Part shown: positions 9,485 to 18,919 of the stretch, in pieces
Numbering within the stretch: the stretch's first letter is position 1
Layout of the letters: every line of letters begins with the position of its first letter
Source: a virus
Lineage: Duplodnaviria; Caudoviricetes
DNA: 33,256 bases
Reading direction: 5' to 3' (one strand)
Virus record (IMG/VR): IMGVR_UViG_3300027808_000093
Span: 1-33,256 of that record
The notes under the pieces: generated by a model
The model's database searches: none
What the model was told of the DNA's origin: nothing
What the model saw: only the letters and a program-made list of their open reading frames with translations
Program-made: the position numbers and the translations under genes

Positions 9485-10113
9485 GTGTTATTCCCGTTTG
9501 ATTGTTGCGTCCATGTGTTGCTTGATGCCGCAACGTCTGACCATGTGTTGTCTGATACGCTTATTTCAGTCCAAGTATTTGCATCACTTGAAACTGTTGT
9601 CCATGTGTTATCAGATTCAACAATGTTATCCCAAGCATTACCGTTTGATGCGCTGACTGTTATTGTTGACAATCCAATAAATGAACCTGCGCCAGCATAG
9701 TCAGCATTTGCATATGCGGCAACTTCAGCCACACAGACAATTGAAGCAATGTTGTTGGTAACTAAACCACCCAAAGCAGTTACAGTTGCTGCACAAGAAA
9801 TAGCAGCACTAGCCGTGCGAACCTTAATTGCATCAGCCGTAACTGTTGCAGATGCCGTAATGTTTGCGTCAGCACTTTGAACGCGAATTGCATTTGCAGT
9901 TACTGAAGCAGAACAAATTACAGAGGCTGAAGCAAATTGAACGCGAGTTGCTTGTGCGCTTACAGTTGCTAAAACATTAATGCTTGCGTATGCGTCCCAC
10001 AGCGTGACAGACGTTTCATATAAATCGCTGTCAAGCGTAAGCGTCAGATCATCAAGACTAGCCTTTAGCTGGTCTAGACTGTCTATCGTCCACGGTGGCA
10101 GCAGATCAGCCAT
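9466..10113 (-). CDS. Repeat-containing virion/tail protein
   Basis: 20-aa ASVTA-type repeats (60-nt period) and six 10-aa N-T/A-W repeats (30-nt period). Confidence 0.7.
   Translation of the reverse strand: MADLLPPWTIDSLDQLKASLDDLTLTLDSDLYETSVTLWDAYASINVLATVSAQATRVQFASASVICSASVTANAIRVQSADANITASATVTADAIKVRTASAAISCAATVTALGGLVTNNIASIVCVAEVAAYANADYAGAGSFIGLSTITVSASNGNAWDNIVESDNTWTTVSSDANTWTEISVSDNTWSDVAASSNTWTQQSNGNNTWQPQN
9481..9640. repeat. Coding tandem repeat, 6 x 30 nt
   Basis: ccatgtgtt or ccaagYatt at 9481, 9511, 9541, 9571, 9601, 9631, encoding NTW/NAW every 10 aa. Confidence 0.85.
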
Positions 10114-10114
10114 A

Positions 10115-10501
10115 TCAAGCCAAAGTCACGCTCAACGAACCAATGGCTACGCGAAATACATCACCAGTTGCAATTGCTTTTGATGCGTCCAATGGCGAAT
10201 GAAACAACAAATTTCCAGTTGTCAAAGCATCACGAATGCCAATGTAAGCAACAGTCCCCCAACTGCCAGTAGCTTGAGGGAACTCAATTGCCGCGCTGTT
10301 TGTTGAAACGCCGTTAGATGGAGCGCCAAACGTAATTGCTTGACGCGCATATGCGTTACCAGTTACTTCAGTTCCAGCATCAGCATCAGTTGGGTCACTT
10401 GTATAAAGTGCCAAATACACAGTTGTTGGTGCTGTGTATGAAGTATTACGCAACGTCACATTGATTAGTGCGTTTTCAAGATAGTTTGACATTTCAGACA
10501 T
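10115..10501 (-). CDS. Virion structural protein (tail-fibre/decoration-like)
   Basis: MSNYLEN...VYLALYTSDP...YARQ...IEFPQATGSWGT..GNLLF pattern. Confidence 0.7.
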   Translation of the reverse strand: MSEMSNYLENALINVTLRNTSYTAPTTVYLALYTSDPTDADAGTEVTGNAYARQAITFGAPSNGVSTNSAAIEFPQATGSWGTVAYIGIRDALTTGNLLFHSPLDASKAIATGDVFRVAIGSLSVTLA

Positions 10502-10509
10502 GATTTACC

Positions 10510-11127
10510 TTACAGGGTTGTTTTGATAACCAAAGGGACGCCAGAGTATTGGCCTTGTTGATCTGATCTAGTAATTGACGCCATAGCGCGATCAAACATA
10601 GTCCCCCATGTATTGATTCGCGCATCATTCATCAAATACGGTTCGGCCTCAAGCAAAGCGCCATACAGCAAAGCATCAGGCGTATTAGCCAAGAACGCAT
10701 TGCTTGTGTTTGTTTCGCTTAGAAATGTAGGAGCTGCAAAGTAAAACATCTTCACTGTGTAAACGCCATCAGGAATTGGGGCTAGTTGAAAATCATTAGC
10801 CAAGACTGTGTAGTCAAGCGGCTTTCCACTTTCCCATGATCTAGTATTCCTATTAAACGCAGATGGACTGTAATAGTTCAATGGCTGAATAGGATTGCCA
10901 ACAATCACAAAGTCACGCACCTCAAGAAAGTCACTTGGCAATTCAACAGTGCTATCACCTGCAACAGTTGGAGTTGTCACGCTTTTCAGCATTTGACGAA
11001 TACGCAGATCACGGCGCAAACGAGTTTCAGCTAAACGGATAAAGTCTGGAATCTGTGTTGTCAGATCAGATCGAGCAAGATATCCTGCAATGGTTGACTT
11101 CAAATCAGAATAGCTTGTGAAACTCAT
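10510..11127 (-). CDS. Head-tail adaptor / tail tubular protein A-like
   Basis: YSDLK..IAGYLAR.DL...IPDFI.LAE...LP.DF...PDALLYGAL motif set. Confidence 0.75.
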   Translation of the reverse strand: MSFTSYSDLKSTIAGYLARSDLTTQIPDFIRLAETRLRRDLRIRQMLKSVTTPTVAGDSTVELPSDFLEVRDFVIVGNPIQPLNYYSPSAFNRNTRSWESGKPLDYTVLANDFQLAPIPDGVYTVKMFYFAAPTFLSETNTSNAFLANTPDALLYGALLEAEPYLMNDARINTWGTMFDRAMASITRSDQQGQYSGVPLVIKTTL

Positions 11128-11439
11128 TTAGATAACTCCTGGGCGTGTACGCCATGCGCGATTGTCTGGATTGTTTAAAAACATCGCAAACCGTACATCA
11201 TCAATAATGTGAAAGCCGCGCATGATTCCTTGTTTGTTCAAGTCATCAATAGCAGTAAATGGAATTGATGCAACCTTATTTCCATAAAGCTCATCTGACC
11301 ATTTTGCACGTTCGTCATAGCTATTAAATTCCCGTTTGTTTTTTTCAACAATAGCGGAAACGTCTTGTGCTGTCTTAATGATTAGACCACCATCGCCATC
11401 AGCATGAGCAACAGAGTCACGAAATTTATGGTTTTCCAT
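11128..11439 (-). CDS. Conserved hypothetical protein after the major capsid gene
   Basis: 103 aa; QDV..I...VASIP...FLN.PDN.AWRT pattern; contiguous with neighbours. Confidence 0.75.
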   Translation of the reverse strand: MENHKFRDSVAHADGDGGLIIKTAQDVSAIVEKNKREFNSYDERAKWSDELYGNKVASIPFTAIDDLNKQGIMRGFHIIDDVRFAMFLNNPDNRAWRTRPGVI

Positions 11440-11445
11440 AATGCA

Positions 11446-11454
11446 ATTCTATCA
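11446..11454 (-). promoter_or_regulatory. Extended -10 promoter (TGaTAGAAT), probably giving a leaderless transcript
   Basis: TG-n-TAGAAT, then 6 nt, then ATG at 11439; no SD; lies just downstream of the capsid terminator. Confidence 0.55.
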
Positions 11455-11465
11455 TTTGCAGGTTA

Positions 11466-11503
11466 AACAAAAAAGCCCCCCAAGGTTTCCCAAGGAGGGC
11501 TTT
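11466..11503 (-). terminator. Rho-independent terminator after the major capsid gene
   Basis: AAAGCCCTCC-loop-GGGGGGCTTT followed by a T-run on the minus strand. Confidence 0.85.
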
Positions 11504-11520
11504 GGCTAACTCACGTCAGA

Positions 11521-12465
11521 TCAAGTCAAGTCAGCAATAATGCCGCAAGAGGCTTCATTCTTGACTTCCAGAGTCAATTCAGCCAACAACTGAGTCTTCT
11601 CGCTGTCACCAGTCTTTGCCAGCTCGATGGTCTGGAAAGGACGCAGATAGGCAACTGCCAGCATATCAGGGTCAATGATAAAGGCCGAGTCATCGCAAGC
11701 GTTGGTGCTATTCATGAAGCGGTTAGGAACAACCGACAAAGTGCCGAAATCGCTCATATACACATCAGCAGCACCGACAATGGTGGTTGGCTCATTTGCT
11801 GGAGCCATATAGCGTTGAGCTGCGATACCAGCAAAAGCCGATACAGTTTGCTTATGAGTAGGGTTTACCATAAGCATCTTTGGGCTACCACCAGCAACAT
11901 AAACTTCAGCGTTCACAGTCTTTAGCAAGGCTTCAGTGAAAGTGCGGTTTGTGCCAGTTACGCGAGCAGTAGTACCGCCAGAGCCAGCCACACCGTCAGT
12001 GCCAAAGTCACCGTTGGTAGACAACCAAGCCTGAATGCCACCCATTGTTCGTGCGGTGCTAGAGTTACCAGCAGCAGAAATTTGGTTGGACAACAGAGTC
12101 AGTTCAATGTTGCGCTTCAGTTCAGCCGACACTTTAGCCAACTGATAAGCCTTTTCAGACTTACGGCCAGCTTTATCAACAGCTTCCAGAGTACCAGCGA
12201 CAGCAACAGACTTAGTGAAAATCTGTGTACGGTTACCAATACGGCTGGTTGGCGATGCGGTAATGCTAGAAGCATCAGCACCTTCAACAGCACCACCCAA
12301 GGCAGCAGCGGCCAGGGCGTCAGTTTGCCACTCGTGATAAGTAGCGGTAGCCTTTGTTTTGCCGATAGACGACATCAAAGGGGTTTCGGTTGGGCTGATG
12401 TTATAAATAACGTCAGACAGGTCTTCACGGATACCGATAGCGGTGTAGGTTTGGTAGGTTGCCAT
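11521..12465 (-). CDS. Major capsid protein (DUF5309/SU10-like)
   Basis: REDLSDVIYNISPTETP, HEWQTD, N.TQI, ELKRNIE, DFG, LAKTGD motifs; follows the scaffold gene. Confidence 0.9.
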   Translation of the reverse strand: MATYQTYTAIGIREDLSDVIYNISPTETPLMSSIGKTKATATYHEWQTDALAAAALGGAVEGADASSITASPTSRIGNRTQIFTKSVAVAGTLEAVDKAGRKSEKAYQLAKVSAELKRNIELTLLSNQISAAGNSSTARTMGGIQAWLSTNGDFGTDGVAGSGGTTARVTGTNRTFTEALLKTVNAEVYVAGGSPKMLMVNPTHKQTVSAFAGIAAQRYMAPANEPTTIVGAADVYMSDFGTLSVVPNRFMNSTNACDDSAFIIDPDMLAVAYLRPFQTIELAKTGDSEKTQLLAELTLEVKNEASCGIIADLT

Positions 12466-12482
12466 TTTTAAAGCTCCAAAAA

Positions 12483-13433
12483 TTAAAGGAATCGTTCAAA
12501 TGCAGCAGCAGCATCACGGACTCGTCCGGATTGACGCAACTTTTGCATAACTTGTTTCTCTTGCGCTGACTTCCCACTTGGTGCAGAAGTCCCAGGTTTA
12601 AGCATCTTTGGGGCTTGCTGGACTTTTTTCATAGTCTCAGGTTTGCCTTTTTGAAGCTGCTCAAACTTCATCGCCTTATACAAAGTCAGCACAGCGCGAT
12701 GGTCATACACTGAGGAGAGTTCTTGATCTGACCAGCCAACAGATTTTGCATATTCACGGATTTCTTTCCGAATTGCATCACCCTTTGGCGTTGCCAGTTC
12801 TGGGATAACAGACGATAGCTTTTCAGATTCAACCTTGAGGTGGTTTTGCAGGCTCTGCTGTTGTTCCGCTTGTTGCTGTTGAGCAATGCGGTTTTGTTCA
12901 GCACGAACAACTGACAATTGTTTCTCACGTTGAGACTGTTCAGCAACCTTTACGGCATAGCCGATAGGGTCTGTCTCTTTCAAAACTTCTAAGTCCTCAC
13001 CCCGATTTTGCTGGCTCAAGAAGCTATCGAGTGCCTGCAATTTCTGGGCGTACGCTTGTCGCTCTTGTTTTACATACTCTAGATGTTGGCGTTCGGAATC
13101 AATAGCCTTACGCTGTTCAGCCAGAGCTTGAGATTTTTGGGTGTAATCCTTGCTGCGTTGATAGCCGTTAATCAGTTCGTCAAGTTCAACCTCAACTTCC
13201 TCACCACCGACTTTTGCTTTGTAGCGGGGTTTTACTTCCTCTACAATTTCAGATTCTTCTGAGTATTCAGGATCATCTGTTTCATCAACTTCACCAGCGG
13301 CTTCAAATTCATTAGTTGATTCTTCCGGTTGGCCGTTATCGGCTCCATTGTCATCACCCATTAAACTCATAAACGCATTGGCGGCTTGGTTTACGTTCAG
13401 GTTTTCACTCCCTTGCGGGTTGGTGTTTTCCAT
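12483..13433 (-). CDS. Capsid scaffolding protein
   Basis: Acidic N-terminus, KV.GEEVEV.LDEL..GYQR.KDYTQK, coiled coil, C-terminal SG.VRDAAAAF. Confidence 0.85.
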   Translation of the reverse strand: MENTNPQGSENLNVNQAANAFMSLMGDDNGADNGQPEESTNEFEAAGEVDETDDPEYSEESEIVEEVKPRYKAKVGGEEVEVELDELINGYQRSKDYTQKSQALAEQRKAIDSERQHLEYVKQERQAYAQKLQALDSFLSQQNRGEDLEVLKETDPIGYAVKVAEQSQREKQLSVVRAEQNRIAQQQQAEQQQSLQNHLKVESEKLSSVIPELATPKGDAIRKEIREYAKSVGWSDQELSSVYDHRAVLTLYKAMKFEQLQKGKPETMKKVQQAPKMLKPGTSAPSGKSAQEKQVMQKLRQSGRVRDAAAAFERFL

Positions 13434-13483
13434 GTGTCATCTCATTTTTCGCCAGAAACCGTCTGGACTGCGGGTAACTTTCG

Positions 13484-13723
13484 TTACATGATTTTCCATT
13501 TTTTCTCTTGAATCTTGGTTTCTGCGGCAATGCCTTGAAGGTGTCCAAGAAACAGATCAAATGTCTTAATGTTGTTGTAAGCGGCTTCACGCTCATCAAT
13601 ACCATCTCGATTCGTATTAATTATCACACTAATCTGCTGATTTTTCAAATCATTCATGACTTTAATGAAAAAGTCATCGTTAAGCAAATTGTTAGCCCAC
13701 TCAGCTTGCAGCTTTTTGTCCAT
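13484..13723 (-). CDS. Small hypothetical protein between portal and scaffold
   Basis: Start re-set to MDKKLQAEWANNLLNDDFF (ATG 13723); ..EREAAY.. motif. Confidence 0.7.
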   Translation of the reverse strand: MDKKLQAEWANNLLNDDFFIKVMNDLKNQQISVIINTNRDGIDEREAAYNNIKTFDLFLGHLQGIAAETKIQEKKWKIM

Positions 13724-14966
13724 ACTGTCCTTGGATTCCTGAAATGATGTCAGAGATAGAAACTTGCTTTCCATTCAAGCCGCCAATGATGTCATTCATT
13801 CCTGTTGGTTGATTTGCTTTTAATTGGTTCATCACATCTGTCATGCTAAAACCTCTTTGTGGTAATTGGTTTTCCCACTGTGTACCCTTAAGCAATGCAG
13901 ATGAACCAAAATTAATTGGCGCAGATGGAGTAAATGCTGCCTGCGTAGATACTGGAGGCGTCCAATTACTAGGAACAGGAATAATAGGAAATCCGGTTTC
14001 ACCTGCTGATGTTTGACCAGCGCCACTTAACAAACCAAGAGCGCCAGCACCTAAAGAGGCAATCTTTGCCGTCTTTAAAGCTGTATCAAGCAAGCTAGAT
14101 GGAACAGAAGCTGCTGCTGGAGTAACAGTTGCTGCTGATGCTGCGCCAGGAACTGTCCAAGTATCTGTTGCGGCGTCATAAGAATAGTCAGCCAATGAAC
14201 CTAGATTAGTTCCAGATGTTGCATTAGTCAACGGCCCTTGCAAACCACCCAATGAATCACTTATAAATTCACCAGTAATTTCATCGTAATAGCCAGGATT
14301 TGCAGCAGCACCAAGCGCATTACCAAAAGCGCCTGAACTATACAAACCACCAATAACAGCAGGAGCAATCTTTTGAAATGCGGTGCTTTCAACTACATCG
14401 CTTAAACCTTCAAACATACCACTAGGCAAATTGCTTAATGTCTCGCCCCAACTTGTAGTTTGATAAGGGATAAACTGACCTTGAGTGTCGTAGTAACCAC
14501 CTTTGTCAGTTCCGTTATAAATGTTCTGAAGTTCGCCAGTAATCGGGCTGTAACTTCCCTGCATACCATTACCAAGATCACGCAAAATAGGAGCAAGAGT
14601 CCCTTGTATTTCTTGAGCAGTGCGCCCCGTCTCACCGGAGCTAGCCAGAGCGTTTAGATATTCAGGGTTTGTAGCCAAGTCAGTGCGAATGCTAGCTGGA
14701 GCATTAACATTTGTGCCAGCAATGTTGGTAGTCACAGATGGAGCCGCACCTGTATAACCATTGCTTTGCATCCATGCAATGTCTGCTGGAGACACGCCAA
14801 CAGATTGCAGTTCAGCAGGAGTAATGCCAGCGTTGTTGAACGCTTGAATCTTAGCTGCGGCGTCTTTGCTTGCCCAATCAGCACCAGATGTAAGTTTCTC
14901 AACTGCGGTTGGTGGGTCTTCTACCCAATCCCATCCATCACCAGCTTCAACGTAACGACCAGCCAT
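13701..14966 (-). CDS. Low-complexity Gly/Ala/Ser/Thr protein, possible minor virion protein
   Basis: 421-aa ORF with AGAGG RBS inside the head module. Confidence 0.7.
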   Translation of the reverse strand: MAGRYVEAGDGWDWVEDPPTAVEKLTSGADWASKDAAAKIQAFNNAGITPAELQSVGVSPADIAWMQSNGYTGAAPSVTTNIAGTNVNAPASIRTDLATNPEYLNALASSGETGRTAQEIQGTLAPILRDLGNGMQGSYSPITGELQNIYNGTDKGGYYDTQGQFIPYQTTSWGETLSNLPSGMFEGLSDVVESTAFQKIAPAVIGGLYSSGAFGNALGAAANPGYYDEITGEFISDSLGGLQGPLTNATSGTNLGSLADYSYDAATDTWTVPGAASAATVTPAAASVPSSLLDTALKTAKIASLGAGALGLLSGAGQTSAGETGFPIIPVPSNWTPPVSTQAAFTPSAPINFGSSALLKGTQWENQLPQRGFSMTDVMNQLKANQPTGMNDIIGGLNGKQVSISDIISGIQGQYGQKAAS

Positions 14967-14995
14967 ATTAGACCTCTACTTTCAGATTGTTTTGA

Positions 14996-17140
14996 TTAGC
15001 CTGGAATTTCAATGTTTGATGTAATTCCAGCGCCAACTTTCATAGCTTTCAATTGGGCTTCAGCTTCAAACTCTTGCTGCTTCATCACAAAGTGCATATT
15101 CATTTTTTCACGCTCAAGCTGAAGTTTTGATGCTTCTTTCTCACGCATGATTTCAAGTTCAGCCGCTGCTTTCTCACGTTGCAGTTGCAACTCAAGACCA
15201 GCCTTCTGTCGTTCAAATTCCATGTCAGCCTGCATCTTAGCTTGCTGCATTTGCATCTCAGCTTGGAACTTGGTTTGTTGCGCCTGAATGTCGGCTTGTG
15301 TTTTAGCCATCAATGCTTGAACTTCAGGCGGCATTTGTTGCTGCTGCGGTGGAGGGTTAGACAATTGCTGATCTTGCTCTGGGCTAATCGGTTTAAAGAA
15401 CTCAGCAGAGTCTTTAAAGCCTGCTGCCTCAACCATACGGCCAAGAGTCCCGCGATACTGACCAAACGATACAAACGGGTTTGCTGGCCCATACTGACCG
15501 ATCATTTGCTCTTGTTTTGCCAAGACCATTTGCAGCATTGCCATTTGCTGATCTCTGTTTCCGTTACCCAAGCCAACATTGATTGAAATATCAAACTTGT
15601 TAGCCCAGGTGCGCGGGTCAACAGTGATGTAAGTGCCGCGCAAGCGAATGATTCGCTCTTTTTGCTGATACTTGCTGACCAAATGCAAGATGCCTTCAAA
15701 CAGGTCTTTCACACCAGATTCAGCAAACACACGGGCCATTAGCTCAATCTTGCCAGAGCCAGCTTGTTGCATAGAAGCAACAGCAGCAGCGGTTACGTTT
15801 TGCAAGATGTTAGCGTCAAGACCTTGGGACAACTCAGTCACGCCAGTGCGCTTTGCCTGGACAGAATCCAAGTATTGCAGCATTGGGAAAGACTGTTGCG
15901 CCATGTTTTGCACTTGCAGTTGCTGCACAGCGCCTTGCGACTTAGCGCGAATCACACCACCAGCAGTAGATGTAAGCAAGTCGTCAAAGTTTACTTGGCC
16001 TTCAATAGCGACCACACGGTTGTTGTTGGTCAGATACATATTATCAAGCATCTGACGGGTGACCGTGGTCTTAATCAGTTGCAGGTCAACAGTACGATCA
16101 GCAAGCGAGTTCCCAAAGAACTTGTGCGGAATAGGCAATGGGCAGATTGAATAAAACGGCACATAGTCCGTTTCTTCATCGCTCAAGATTTCATTGCCAG
16201 CGTAGAAGATTTGATGCAGCTCTGCAATGCCATCTTCATCACCATCGTAGTAAATATAACATTCAAAGACTTCAACCTCTTGCATGGCTGTATCGTCAGG
16301 CTGAACGTCATATGGTTGTTCACCAGCAGAGAATCGAGCTACACGTTCAGGCGTATATGCAAGAGCATCGCCAGTTGGCAAACCGTTGACTGTTTCTTCA
16401 TCAAAACCCATCGCAATCAAGTCGCTACGGGTAATCATTCGGCGGTGAGCACAGAATGGCGTTTGCTTTACAGTGATACCAGCCTTGGCAATCAAGAATT
16501 CTTCAGGCGGCACATTTGCAATAACTACCTTGCCTGTGTTCTCAGTCTTCTTAACCACAACGTCATGAACGCTGTAAGTTGCTGGCGCTGCCATCTCGTC
16601 AAAGACCGGATTACCCATTGGGTCAAGAATTGGGTTTGTAACCGTATCCTGCTCAACAACCTCAATGCTTTCATCTTGCAGCATCATGGCTAGTTCGTCA
16701 TCAGACAAACCTTCGTAAGTTTCTTTGGTTACGTCTTCTTTGTCTTCCCAGACTGCTTTGACAATGCCGTTCTTTTGCAGCAAAGCATCAAAAAACCAAT
16801 TGTGCAAAATGATAACGCCAGGGTTATCTTTTAGAAAAATGTGATTTAGATAATCAGTTGCTTGTTTTGCGCCAGCTTCATCGCCAGGGCCATTAGGATC
16901 AGCAACGACAATTTGGTCTGATCCGGTAAAGATGCGAATAAGAGCTGGCAACGCGCCATCAATCGCTTCCGCAACCTCACCAGTAACAATTGAGGACTTA
17001 CCTTCAACTTCATTTCCGTATGGTTGACGTAGATACGCTTGCAGTGCTTGTTTGCGCTGCTCAACTGTTTCCGTCTCTTGAAATCCGATTGAATCGTCAA
17101 TCGCTGCTTGAATTGCTGCTTTGAGTTGATTTTGGCTCAT
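14996..17140 (-). CDS. Portal protein (P22-like, long Gln-rich barrel)
   Basis: 714 aa after TerL; DALLQKNGIVK, VPPEEF, PIPHKFFG, RTGV motifs; C-terminal coiled coil. Confidence 0.92.
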   Translation of the reverse strand: MSQNQLKAAIQAAIDDSIGFQETETVEQRKQALQAYLRQPYGNEVEGKSSIVTGEVAEAIDGALPALIRIFTGSDQIVVADPNGPGDEAGAKQATDYLNHIFLKDNPGVIILHNWFFDALLQKNGIVKAVWEDKEDVTKETYEGLSDDELAMMLQDESIEVVEQDTVTNPILDPMGNPVFDEMAAPATYSVHDVVVKKTENTGKVVIANVPPEEFLIAKAGITVKQTPFCAHRRMITRSDLIAMGFDEETVNGLPTGDALAYTPERVARFSAGEQPYDVQPDDTAMQEVEVFECYIYYDGDEDGIAELHQIFYAGNEILSDEETDYVPFYSICPLPIPHKFFGNSLADRTVDLQLIKTTVTRQMLDNMYLTNNNRVVAIEGQVNFDDLLTSTAGGVIRAKSQGAVQQLQVQNMAQQSFPMLQYLDSVQAKRTGVTELSQGLDANILQNVTAAAVASMQQAGSGKIELMARVFAESGVKDLFEGILHLVSKYQQKERIIRLRGTYITVDPRTWANKFDISINVGLGNGNRDQQMAMLQMVLAKQEQMIGQYGPANPFVSFGQYRGTLGRMVEAAGFKDSAEFFKPISPEQDQQLSNPPPQQQQMPPEVQALMAKTQADIQAQQTKFQAEMQMQQAKMQADMEFERQKAGLELQLQREKAAAELEIMREKEASKLQLEREKMNMHFVMKQQEFEAEAQLKAMKVGAGITSNIEIPG

Positions 17141-17282
17141 CTTTAACCTTTGGAGGTCGCCCGACCTTTGGGCGTTCAGTTGATTGTAACTCTCTTACTA
17201 CATTTTCAAGCATTTCTAGGCGCTTTTCAAGTTCTTCCACCCGTTTTGTGTTTGCAAAATCACCTTGTTTCATCATGAACAT
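17097..17282 (-). CDS. Small coiled-coil protein with AT-hook-like GRPPK
   Basis: 61 aa; fills the TerL-portal gap exactly. Confidence 0.65.
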   Translation of the reverse strand: MFMMKQGDFANTKRVEELEKRLEMLENVVRELQSTERPKVGRPPKVKDEPKSTQSSNSSSD

Positions 17283-18533
17283 TTAGACCACCCATTTAGG
17301 AGTTTTGTTAATAGATTTACCCCAACCTGTCACGCCTTCGTCTAGGGCTACGGCTACATAGCGCCAAGCGTCTGCTGCGTGAGAATGTTGGTCGTGCAGT
17401 GGTTTATTGCTAAACATCTTTGTGTTAGGGTCAACGTCATAGCGGTAATGACGCAGGTTTTGAAGCCCGTCAGCGCATCTAGTGCCATCAATAAAGCACC
17501 GATCCATTAATGATCGAGCTGCGTTAATTCCGTCAGAAATTGATAATCTAGGCGTAATTCTGACAGGCTTGCCCATTCCTTCAAGAATATCTTTGACTGA
17601 TTTACCCGTCATATTCTTGTTCTCGGCGTCATGGGGTAGCCACCAATCCTTGTAGATATAACCCTTGTCTTGTAAGACTTGAGCGTAATGGTCAATGGTT
17701 TTTTGGCAGTTCTGGTAAAAATCAATTACCCTGACTTCACCGCCAGCAATTACTTGAACAAACCAAATGGATGTCATATCTGCCCAACCTAAATCAAAAA
17801 AGGTTTGCACAGGAATTGACTTGTCAATAATCAGATCGCGGACTCTGTTTTCCTCTTGAGCTTTACGTAGTTCATTGGCATATACAGCACCATCAAGCAT
17901 CTGACGGGTATGCCCCTCCCAGACGTTTAGGTAAGAATCCACGTTCTTAGCCTTCAAATCCTCTAATTCATCCTTTAGAACTTGAGGAAACCAAGGATTG
18001 TCAGACCAGTTTACTTTGGCGACTATTGCTGTTGGTGGTGGAGAAACAACAAACCGTTTGTAAGTCTCGTCAGTGTCAAGGTCTGGGTTAAACGTCACCC
18101 ATATCTCAGAATCAGGCTTTCTAATCGTTGGGATTAGGGTTTCCCATGAAACTTTTGATACTGCTTGGCCTTCTTCAATCCAGCAAATATCTACGCCCTC
18201 AAACGATTTGATTGACGTGACGTTGTGCTTTAGACCCGCAAAACTGAACTCAGACCCATTCTTCCCATATACAGCAGTGCGCTGAACATCAAAGAATGAC
18301 TCTAGGCCCATTGCTTTGATCTGGTCACCCAATAGAGCAATCACAGAATCAGATATAGAGTTCTGCAATTCACGGGCGCAAAGGATTCTGGTTGGCTTTT
18401 GTACGGCGATTGCAATTAAAGCGCGAGCAACCGACCAAGACTTTGCAGACCCACGGCCTCCATAAAGAATCTTGTATCGGTGCGGCTCAAACAGAAATCC
18501 TAGTTTCTCAGGGAAATCTAGTTCAAGGTGCAT
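17283..18533 (-). CDS. terL: Terminase large subunit (PBSX family)
   Basis: Walker A YGGRGSAKS, Walker B CWIEEG, TFNP coupling motif, nuclease FDLG...HAADAWRY. Confidence 0.95.
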   Translation of the reverse strand: MHLELDFPEKLGFLFEPHRYKILYGGRGSAKSWSVARALIAIAVQKPTRILCARELQNSISDSVIALLGDQIKAMGLESFFDVQRTAVYGKNGSEFSFAGLKHNVTSIKSFEGVDICWIEEGQAVSKVSWETLIPTIRKPDSEIWVTFNPDLDTDETYKRFVVSPPPTAIVAKVNWSDNPWFPQVLKDELEDLKAKNVDSYLNVWEGHTRQMLDGAVYANELRKAQEENRVRDLIIDKSIPVQTFFDLGWADMTSIWFVQVIAGGEVRVIDFYQNCQKTIDHYAQVLQDKGYIYKDWWLPHDAENKNMTGKSVKDILEGMGKPVRITPRLSISDGINAARSLMDRCFIDGTRCADGLQNLRHYRYDVDPNTKMFSNKPLHDQHSHAADAWRYVAVALDEGVTGWGKSINKTPKWVV

Positions 18534-18861
18534 TCGGGCGAACCAGTTTGATCTGAATAGCTGAAATATCTATTGGCCCACCACCATCACCAGTCATCTC
18601 AGTGCGGTTTAGTTTAGGCGTAGCGTATTCAGCCATTTGAGCGAGCAAAGTCAAAGCGCCTTTAGGGTCTGCTTTAATTTCTTTCTCGGGACATCCTTCG
18701 GCAACCTCTGTAAGCCACTTAGAGACGTTTTCAGCGTTATCCTCTAGCAACCTACTGACAGTGTCTCTAAACGTCTTGGTGGCCTTATTAACGCTACCTG
18801 GGGGCCTTCCACGGCCTCGGTTGGTTAAATGCACAGAATTGTCGTGCTGTAATTTATTCAT
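18523..18861 (-). CDS. terS: Terminase small subunit
   Basis: Directly upstream of terL; GRPPGSVNK N-terminus; TG.GGGPI C-terminus. Confidence 0.8.
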   Translation of the reverse strand: MNKLQHDNSVHLTNRGRGRPPGSVNKATKTFRDTVSRLLEDNAENVSKWLTEVAEGCPEKEIKADPKGALTLLAQMAEYATPKLNRTEMTGDGGGPIDISAIQIKLVRPNAP

Positions 18862-18919
18862 TTTTGTTTGACTCCCGTGGGTTGGTCAAGGTTATTGCCG
18901 ACTTACATCAGCGGGTTTG

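Noticed and set aside
9481-9640. Regular 30-nt repeats resembling a mini-CRISPR array
   Set aside because: The conserved part is only ~9 nt, degenerate at wobble positions, and encodes in-frame NTW repeats; no cas genes
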